A stretch of DNA of 64,000 nt. Source: a virus. Where the stretch lies: IMG/VR virus record IMGVR_UViG_3300044844_001004; one strand, 5' to 3'. Positions 59,158-64,000 of this stretch are shown here, in pieces. A program made the position numbers and the translations under genes. The notes under the pieces were generated by a model. The model was not told where the DNA came from, searched no databases, and saw nothing but the letters and a program-made list of their open reading frames with translations. Every line of letters begins with the position of its first letter. The first letter of the stretch is position 1.

Positions 59158-59325
59158 CTAAACCGACCGCGACCACGACCCCGACCGCGACCCCGACCGC
59201 GACCCCGACCCCGACCACGACCACGACCCCGACCCCGACCACGACCCCGACCGCGACCACGACCCCGACCGCGACCACGACCGCGACCCCGACCCCGACC
59301 GTTTGTTTCTTTTAGATCGAATCAC
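59158..59325 (-). CDS. candidate 55-aa repeat peptide MIRSKRNK-(R/G/W-S)23-V
   Basis: GTG starts 1 nt after the upstream stop, with GGAGGT 5 nt upstream. It fills the only gap in the operon, but the repeat variation is non-synonymous in this frame. Confidence 0.25.
   Translation of the reverse strand: MIRSKRNKRSGSGSRSWSRSGSWSRSGSWSGSGSWSWSGSGSRSGSRSGSWSRSV
59164..59301. repeat. 23 tandem CGACCN hexamers
   Basis: Hand-parsed with no indels. Five positions are invariant. N is C ten times, G seven times, A six times and never T. Confidence 0.95.
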
Positions 59326-59326
59326 G

Positions 59327-59587
59327 TTACACCTCCCGATACGATTCGATGGACGCTACGCGCACGTACAGCGGCCCGCCGAACTTCTGCTCGTCCTGGA
59401 ATATTCCGGCGTTGAGCGGCCCGGTCTCGTACACAATCCCGGCGTCCTCTAAAAGCACGTCCGACGTGTTCACCCCGGCCAGCACACCGCTGTAGAAGTA
59501 GTTAGCGCAGAGAAGCAGCACGCGCTTCCCCAAAAGCCCCACAAGGCCCTCGCCTTCAACTTCCGTCACTGTGACTATCTTTTTCAT
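59327..59587 (-). CDS. hypothetical protein with Sm/LSm-like sequence pattern (86 aa)
   Basis: Track ORF with RBS AGAGGA. LLGKRVLLLCANYFYSGVLAGVNTSDVLLEDAGIVYE resembles Sm1, and PLYVRVASIESY resembles Sm2. The fold assignment is by eye only. Confidence 0.5.
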   Translation of the reverse strand: MKKIVTVTEVEGEGLVGLLGKRVLLLCANYFYSGVLAGVNTSDVLLEDAGIVYETGPLNAGIFQDEQKFGGPLYVRVASIESYREV

Positions 59588-59607
59588 GTGTCCTCTGTTT
59601 TCTCGCT

Positions 59608-59648
59608 CTGCATTATACGAGGGCTTGCGACCTCCGGTGGCTGCATTA
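59608..59648 (-). promoter_or_regulatory. possible internal promoter: TATAAT box flanked by two TAATGCAG repeats
   Basis: Minus-strand TATAAT lies at 59617-59612, 24 nt upstream of ATG 59587. CTGCATTA occurs at 59608-59615 and 59641-59648. No good -35 box is present. Confidence 0.3.
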
Positions 59649-59681
59649 CTCCGGGGTATAGCTCCCGGTCGCTGTGATGGA

Positions 59682-59996
59682 CTAGCGCCGTGCGCGTTCC
59701 ATGTCGTCCTCTTCGCTGATGCCGCGGGCCTTGGCGCAGGCGGCGCGGGCTTGCTGAAGCAGCGCTTCCCCCGGCACTGCGCCAGGGTAGGGCGGGTTTG
59801 CGAACCACTCCAAGCACTCCAGCAGCTCCGGCGCGGCGGCGATCAGGCGCGCGTTGGCCTGATTGACTTCTGGCGAGTCGGCCATGCCGCCAACCCCAGC
59901 GACTAAGGTGGCGGTGGGGCCCTTCACGTAGCCGCCATATTTCCAATTGCTCCGGTTTTCTATGGTCCACGGTCCCGGCGTGTATTTCGCTTCCAT
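59682..59996 (-). CDS. hypothetical protein (104 aa; GPW...NARLIAAAPELLE motif)
   Basis: Internal ATG (MEAKYTPGPW). Confidence 0.55.
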   Translation of the reverse strand: MEAKYTPGPWTIENRSNWKYGGYVKGPTATLVAGVGGMADSPEVNQANARLIAAAPELLECLEWFANPPYPGAVPGEALLQQARAACAKARGISEEDDMERARR

Positions 59997-59998
59997 GT

Positions 59999-60196
59999 CT
60001 AACGCCCCCCTCTCGCCGCCCGCAACTCCGCCCAGGCGCTCTCGCACTCGCCGTCAGTCTCGCAGGACTCCACCGCTTCCAATGCCCGCGCCATGTGCCG
60101 GAACCGCGCGATGTCGGCCCCGAACGTCAGGCCGATGTACGCGGCGGCGAGAACCAGCCCCAGGCCTAAGGCGTGGAGTAGTTGAAGCTTAGACAT
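59999..60196 (-). CDS. hypothetical membrane protein (65 aa)
   Basis: Internal ATG (MSKLQLLHALGLGLVLAAAYIGL). Confidence 0.45.
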   Translation of the reverse strand: MSKLQLLHALGLGLVLAAAYIGLTFGADIARFRHMARALEAVESCETDGECESAWAELRAARGGR

Positions 60197-60419
60197 CTTC
60201 TTCGTCCTCCTCTTCGTCCTCAATTTCGAACTCTTCAGCAATCGCCTGAAATCCGCACTCCCGGCAAATCATCACGCTGTTGTTATCCCACTCGTGATCA
60301 CTGCCATGCTGGGCCTCATCGGCCAGCGTTTGCGGCCCGTCCTCGTCCTGCACAAGTCGCGCCATGGTCTGCACCGTGACGTCTAACTCCATTGATTCGC
60401 AATCAGGGCATTTATACAT
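60189..60419 (-). CDS. zinc-ribbon protein with polyacidic tail (76 aa)
   Basis: MYKCPDCES...CRECG, ending EEFEIEDEEEDEEDV. Preceded by GGAAAGGGAAGAG. Confidence 0.55.
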   Translation of the reverse strand: MYKCPDCESMELDVTVQTMARLVQDEDGPQTLADEAQHGSDHEWDNNSVMICRECGFQAIAEEFEIEDEEEDEEDV

Positions 60420-60505
60420 TACTCTTCCCTTTCCTTCCCGGCTTTCACCGCCGCGCAACACCCGCAAGTGTCGCCCGGTGGCGGGGCTCGTGGGAGCCCT
60501 GCCAG

Positions 60506-60721
60506 CTATGCGTTCAGTCTCCAAACGCTGGCCACATGTACCGCCCGCGTTCCCTCAATCCGGTAGATCGGAGAACGGCGCGATGCGTTCGCCTGGGCCA
60601 GAAACACCGCCGACTCGATTGTCTCGGCGTGTCGCGCCCGCATGTTCACGCGGCCGATATAGGCGTATCCGGTGGTGGGTACGCCGAACAAGTCTTGTGT
60701 GCTGTAGTTCAGATTTTCCAT
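60506..60721 (-). CDS. hypothetical protein (71 aa)
   Basis: Track ORF. Confidence 0.5.
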   Translation of the reverse strand: MENLNYSTQDLFGVPTTGYAYIGRVNMRARHAETIESAVFLAQANASRRSPIYRIEGTRAVHVASVWRLNA

Positions 60722-60731
60722 GGTCCCCTCT

Positions 60732-60926
60732 CTACTCGAACAAACTGCCCTGTTCAGCCGGGAGCGGCGGCAACCCTGCCCCGCCCCCTTTCCGTATCAA
60801 CTCCATCCGCGCCTGGTGGAGCTTGCGCGCCCGGTCGGCGTCAGCCTCCATGCCGGCCCGCAGAGTCTCATAGATAGCCTCGCGCAGTGCGCTGGCGTCG
60901 ATGCCTTCTTGAATTGTGACCGTCAT
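60732..60926 (-). CDS. hypothetical protein (64 aa)
   Basis: Track ORF. Confidence 0.5.
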   Translation of the reverse strand: MTVTIQEGIDASALREAIYETLRAGMEADADRARKLHQARMELIRKGGGAGLPPLPAEQGSLFE

Positions 60927-60927
60927 A

Positions 60928-61161
60928 TTACTCGCCCTCCGTGGGGATTAATTCAATGTCATCCTTCAACGCCTTCAACTCCAGAAACTTGTCCAGATTG
61001 GCGTCCACAAACCCGGCCATGTCGCCTAACCGCTGGGCGATCAGCTTGTGAGACAACGGCAAGAGCTTGTCCGCATACCGCGCCTCAGCGTGCCGTTTCG
61101 CGGCCTTCTCCGTCTCGTGAACCATGCCGTCTCGCGTCTGAATACGCTGCACCCACTTCAT
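60928..61161 (-). CDS. hypothetical protein (77 aa)
   Basis: Track ORF adjacent to the upstream stop. Confidence 0.5.
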   Translation of the reverse strand: MKWVQRIQTRDGMVHETEKAAKRHAEARYADKLLPLSHKLIAQRLGDMAGFVDANLDKFLELKALKDDIELIPTEGE

Positions 61162-61839
61162 TTACTTGCCCCCCGTCAGAATCGCGGCCTTCGCGGCCCG
61201 CAGGGTCTTGTACCCTTGGAACTCTCCCACCGTGTCAATGTCGCCGTTCGGCTGGGCCTCGCGGATGGTATAGGCGCGCGGGCTGTGATCGTGCGGCCCT
61301 TGTTCGCTGGAAATAAACCGCGCCCGCGTGAAACGCTGCGCCGCCCCTTCGCCAACGCTGCCGCATTTCACAATGCCCGTCTCGATGCGAGTCTTGAAAA
61401 ACCGCATCGTGTCCCGGTCAAACCAATGGCCGCCGCTCCCCGCGTTGGCGCGCTTCACGTCCGCGATGGAGTTGTAGACATACTCGCGCGGCTGTTCTTT
61501 CGCGGTCGCCGCCTTGCAAGCGCTGATGTAGGTATTCAGCACCGCCCGCGCGGCCTTGCGGTACTCGGTCGGGTAATACTGCCCGGTGCAATAGCTCAGG
61601 CGTTCCCCGTTCCACTCCAGACGGCCAGAGAACGCGCGGAATGAGTCGATCAGGACCTCGTACCGCTGCGGGGTGATAGCGCGCGCCTCAGCGAGTGCCG
61701 CAAGCGCTTCGCGGCGGTCCTTGGTGATGCTGCGTTGCTCGGAACGGAACGCCGTGACGTTGCCATAGTTGCGGTAGTCCATACCGCTACGCCCCTTGAT
61801 AAACTTCTCAATCGCTTCAAATACTTTCGTGGTTTCCAT
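61162..61839 (-). CDS. hypothetical protein (225 aa)
   Basis: Internal ATG (METTKVFEA) is preceded by AGGAAAGGAAAAGGGAA. Confidence 0.55.
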   Translation of the reverse strand: METTKVFEAIEKFIKGRSGMDYRNYGNVTAFRSEQRSITKDRREALAALAEARAITPQRYEVLIDSFRAFSGRLEWNGERLSYCTGQYYPTEYRKAARAVLNTYISACKAATAKEQPREYVYNSIADVKRANAGSGGHWFDRDTMRFFKTRIETGIVKCGSVGEGAAQRFTRARFISSEQGPHDHSPRAYTIREAQPNGDIDTVGEFQGYKTLRAAKAAILTGGK

Positions 61840-61909
61840 TTCCCTTTTCCTTTCCTGTGGACCAATCAGGCCCCGCCGATACACTCGTGGAATGTAGCGG
61901 CAGCGCGGA

Positions 61910-62089
61910 CTACTCCGGCAACCGATCCGGCTGCAAATATCCCGCCGCTTGCATCCGTGCGCAATTGGCAACCACTCGCCGCGCCATGTCCCGACGTGCT
62001 TCCCATATCGCCCGGCTGTAGTTGCGGTCAATGATGGCTTGCAACTCTATCGCCCGCCAAAATGCCCGTGCTGGTGTCCTCTGTGCCAT
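61910..62089 (-). CDS. hypothetical protein (59 aa)
   Basis: Internal ATG (MAQRTPAR) gives a TAATG overlap. Confidence 0.4.
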   Translation of the reverse strand: MAQRTPARAFWRAIELQAIIDRNYSRAIWEARRDMARRVVANCARMQAAGYLQPDRLPE

Positions 62090-62337
62090 TACCGTCCCGC
62101 CTTTCCGTCCATCGCCCAAGTCACCCGCGACACCTGCCGGATATACCACTCTCGCGAGCTCGCCCCGTCCCGCCCCCGCGTTGCTTCGAAGCGGAGTAAC
62201 AGCAGGGACCGCAAACGGCGCAGACGTTCCAGCCGGAACCCTTGAGCTCGACTAAACCCAAGACCGCGCCGCGCCGCTATCGTCACAATCCGCGCCCGTT
62301 CCATGGCTGCAATCTCGCGTTGCTCAGTGGCCGTCAT
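62089..62337 (-). CDS. hypothetical basic protein (82 aa)
   Basis: Track ORF with an ATGA overlap upstream. Confidence 0.5.
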   Translation of the reverse strand: MTATEQREIAAMERARIVTIAARRGLGFSRAQGFRLERLRRLRSLLLLRFEATRGRDGASSREWYIRQVSRVTWAMDGKAGR

Positions 62338-62699
62338 CGGGATACCTCAACCATTTTCGTATCGTGCCGCGCATCAAAGCCGGGAATCTCAAAGAACAGC
62401 GATTGCGGACCAACTGCCGCCCAAGTCGTGTTTACCTCCGGGAATGCTTGCTTGACCAACTCCCAAGCCGCTACCTTTGCCGACTCTTCATGCGCCTTGT
62501 ACGCTTCGTAGCGGTCCCAACCTAACGGCATAGCCCGGACCGCATCCGGCAATGTTGCATCAGTGAAGGTTAAGTATTCTTTGCCATCTCTCACGATGAG
62601 ATAGCTACGATCCTGTCCCGCCTCTAGCGGTACCGTGACGTCATAGCTGTAGTAGTTGCCCTTCATGGCCATGCGAACCCGATCAACCCGCGCCATCAT
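62334..62699 (-). CDS. hypothetical protein (121 aa)
   Basis: Track ORF with an ATGA overlap upstream. Confidence 0.55.
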   Translation of the reverse strand: MMARVDRVRMAMKGNYYSYDVTVPLEAGQDRSYLIVRDGKEYLTFTDATLPDAVRAMPLGWDRYEAYKAHEESAKVAAWELVKQAFPEVNTTWAAVGPQSLFFEIPGFDARHDTKMVEVSR

Positions 62700-62995
62700 G
62701 CTGCACCGCCCGATAACACCGCCTGAACTTCATCGTTACGAACCCGCACAGACTCGTACTCCGGGATTCCATCGGGACTCTTATACGAGTGCCACCAGCG
62801 CCCGTTTAACTTCGTGCTGCCATACAACACGCCGTGCCGGTTGATCCCGCCGATACGCTCTCCGCGCATGTTGTAGAGGATAACGCCGGTTGCCGTGCGC
62901 TTGTACCAGCCGCTAGCCGTGCCACCGGGAGAGAATAACGTGTCAACTACCTCACGCTTGCTTGCGGCGAACCTAACGCCGTTCAGGGTAATCAC
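62696..62995 (-). CDS. hypothetical protein (99 aa)
   Basis: A GTG start forms a GTGA overlap with the first gene of the operon. Confidence 0.5.
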   Translation of the reverse strand: MITLNGVRFAASKREVVDTLFSPGGTASGWYKRTATGVILYNMRGERIGGINRHGVLYGSTKLNGRWWHSYKSPDGIPEYESVRVRNDEVQAVLSGGAA

Positions 62996-63156
62996 AGCCC
63001 ACCCCCCGACACCACAAGCTCCCCCCGCAGCGCGTCCAACTCCATCGACGTCTCCAACCATTCAGGGTAGAGCCCCACCTCGCCCTGGTCCCGCCGCGCC
63101 ATCAACTCCCGGCGGTATGCCTTTAACTCGTTGATTCTGTTAGTATTCTCGCTCAT
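62992..63156 (-). CDS. first ORF of the minus-strand operon (54 aa)
   Basis: Not in the track. MSENTNRINELKAYRRELMARRDQGEV..., preceded by AAGGGAAGGAACAG. Confidence 0.4.
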   Translation of the reverse strand: MSENTNRINELKAYRRELMARRDQGEVGLYPEWLETSMELDALRGELVVSGGGL

Positions 63157-63211
63157 CTGTTCCTTCCCTTGTCCCTCAGGACACCTATAGAGTTACATAG
63201 ATGCTTTTACC

Positions 63212-63255
63212 TGTCAAGCCCTTTGATAACATAATTTTATCTCCTTTGTTATCAA
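63212..63255. promoter_or_regulatory. divergent control region: 9-bp inverted repeat TTGATAACA-N15-TGTTATCAA next to a minus-strand TTGACA box
   Basis: The arms lie at 63223-63231 and 63247-63255. Minus-strand TTGACA sits at 63217-63212, 5 nt from the left arm. The region lies between the divergent starts at 63156 (-) and 63345 (+). Confidence 0.5.
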
Positions 63256-63344
63256 CAGTTTAGCTGCTGACGGCAGGCGGTGAGCACCCGGCGCGCCACG
63301 GCGCGTCACATTGCCACCTTTGCGCCTGGTGCGACAATGGAACT

Positions 63345-64000
63345 ATGGCAACCCCTTCAAAATGCCCCATCTGTAATGATCCCGCGCGCCGGCCCGACAT
63401 TGACAAGCTGATCGCCGCCAGCATGCACCCGCAGGCTATCTGCGATCGCTTCCCCGACCTCACCCCGGCTATTATCGCCACTCACACTGAGAAGCACTGC
63501 CGCATCGAGTCCGCCCAGCTCAAAAAATATCAAGCCATCCAACACCGCGAAGCGCTGCTTAAAATCGGCTGCGCCAATCGCCTCCGCCGCCTCGAACGCA
63601 TCGAGAAGCTACTACAGGACCTCGAAGCCGTTCAGGCCCAGCGTGCCGATGACGCCCGCGCCAGGCGCGACAACGGTCTCACCATTCACCCCGGCGACCT
63701 AACCGGACTCATGATGCCTAAGACCGGAGTATTGGACGTCTCCTATATTGCCTCCGTCAGGCAGCTATTGGACGCGGCTGGAAGGGAGATGAGCCAACTA
63801 GACGCAGTGGAGACCCCCGACCAGAAGCAAGGGGGTAGCGTGACGATCATCACCGGGTCAACCTCCGGCCCCATGCAGATCATCGGACAAGTCGATAACA
63901 CAGGTCGAGATAAGGGTGATTCATCTGATATATCAGGGGCATCTGATATATCAGCTACCAGCGTTCCGCTCTTAAAACGTCTCGAAATGCAGCTAAATCA
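63345..64000 (+). CDS. partial ORF running off the right edge: N-terminal CPIC zinc/HTH-like protein (regulator or small-terminase candidate)
   Basis: Open from ATG 63345 to the window end. MATPSKCPICNDPARRPDIDKLIAASMHPQAICDRFPDLTPAIIATHTEKHC, then a coiled coil. Not in the track because no stop is present. Confidence 0.6.
   Translation, partial: MATPSKCPICNDPARRPDIDKLIAASMHPQAICDRFPDLTPAIIATHTEKHCRIESAQLKKYQAIQHREALLKIGCANRLRRLERIEKLLQDLEAVQAQRADDARARRDNGLTIHPGDLTGLMMPKTGVLDVSYIASVRQLLDAAGREMSQLDAVETPDQKQGGSVTIITGSTSGPMQIIGQVDNTGRDKGDSSDISGASDISATSVPLLKRLEMQLN
63925..63954. repeat. two copies of the perfect 12-bp palindrome CTGATATATCAG
   Basis: Copies at 63925-63936 and 63943-63954, 18 bp centre to centre. 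They are AT-rich and lie inside the partial ORF. Confidence 0.9.

Noticed and set aside
59164-59301. The hexamer array considered as a CRISPR array or ordinary microsatellite.
   Set aside because: Units are 6 nt with no spacers, so it is not CRISPR. It is not a plain slippage microsatellite either, because the units differ, and only at one fixed position.
58996-59415. The plus-strand 139-aa (Arg-Pro)23 ORF considered as a confident gene.
   Set aside because: The nearest in-frame start candidates (TTG 58996, GTG 59062) lie inside the antisense neighbouring gene and have no RBS. The ORF overlaps two minus-strand genes. I keep it only as one of three readings in the finding.
1-64000. A search for prophage borders, att sites, host genes, endolysin/lysozyme/transglycosylase motifs, reverse transcriptase, methyltransferases and toxin-antitoxin pairs.
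   Set aside because: I could not recognise any of these by eye. Without profile searches, their absence is not proven.

Overview
This GC-rich window reads as phage or prophage DNA throughout. I saw no cellular housekeeping genes, rRNA, tRNA or CRISPR array. All calls come from reading the sequence and the ORF track by eye; no database search was run.

Layout:
1. 1-856: non-coding, repeat-rich region. It holds two ~47-bp direct repeats, C-depleted G-rich tracts, and a TGGAACG(C/G) iteron-like array around an AT-rich core.
2. 857-5427, minus strand: replication module with a PrimPol + D5/P4-type SF3 helicase, a PD-(D/E)XK-like protein, an SF2 DEAH helicase and a VRR-NUC nuclease.
3. 5610-7412, plus strand: small ORFs, followed by a terminator.
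4. 7531-40879: one long plus-strand morphogenesis operon.
   - Gene order: beta-helix spike, TerL, portal, scaffold-like protein, major capsid.
   - These are followed by about six structural proteins, a YkuD-like protein with small membrane proteins, and low-complexity ejection-like proteins.
   - The operon ends with a 2597-aa polyvalent protein (ParB/Srx-like region plus HExxH zincin motif) and three fibre/depolymerase proteins with Sec-type signal peptides.
   - I recognised no tail tube, sheath or tape measure, so the order looks podovirus-like (P22-like).
5. 40876-63156: a minus-strand operon of about 65 tightly coupled, mostly small ORFs. It includes three HNH endonucleases, SSB, a Sak4-like ATPase, a RecE-like PD-(D/E)XK exonuclease, an SMC/Rad50-like ATPase, a frameshifted RHH regulator behind a textbook sigma70-like promoter, and a tyrosine recombinase.
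6. 63157-63344: divergent control region with a 9-bp inverted repeat, then a plus-strand ORF that runs off the right edge.

Most unusual observations:
- 23 phase-perfect CGACCN hexamers vary only at a wobble position, giving (Arg-Pro)23 on one strand and (Gly-Arg)23 on the other. They lie directly downstream of an Sm-like ORF.
- The giant polyvalent virion protein.
- Four spike/fibre proteins carry Sec-like signal peptides.
- A YkuD (L,D-transpeptidase fold) gene sits in the virion module, and no classical endolysin is visible.
- Two adjacent genes share the N-terminal octapeptide MGFWKKLG, and their codons differ only synonymously.
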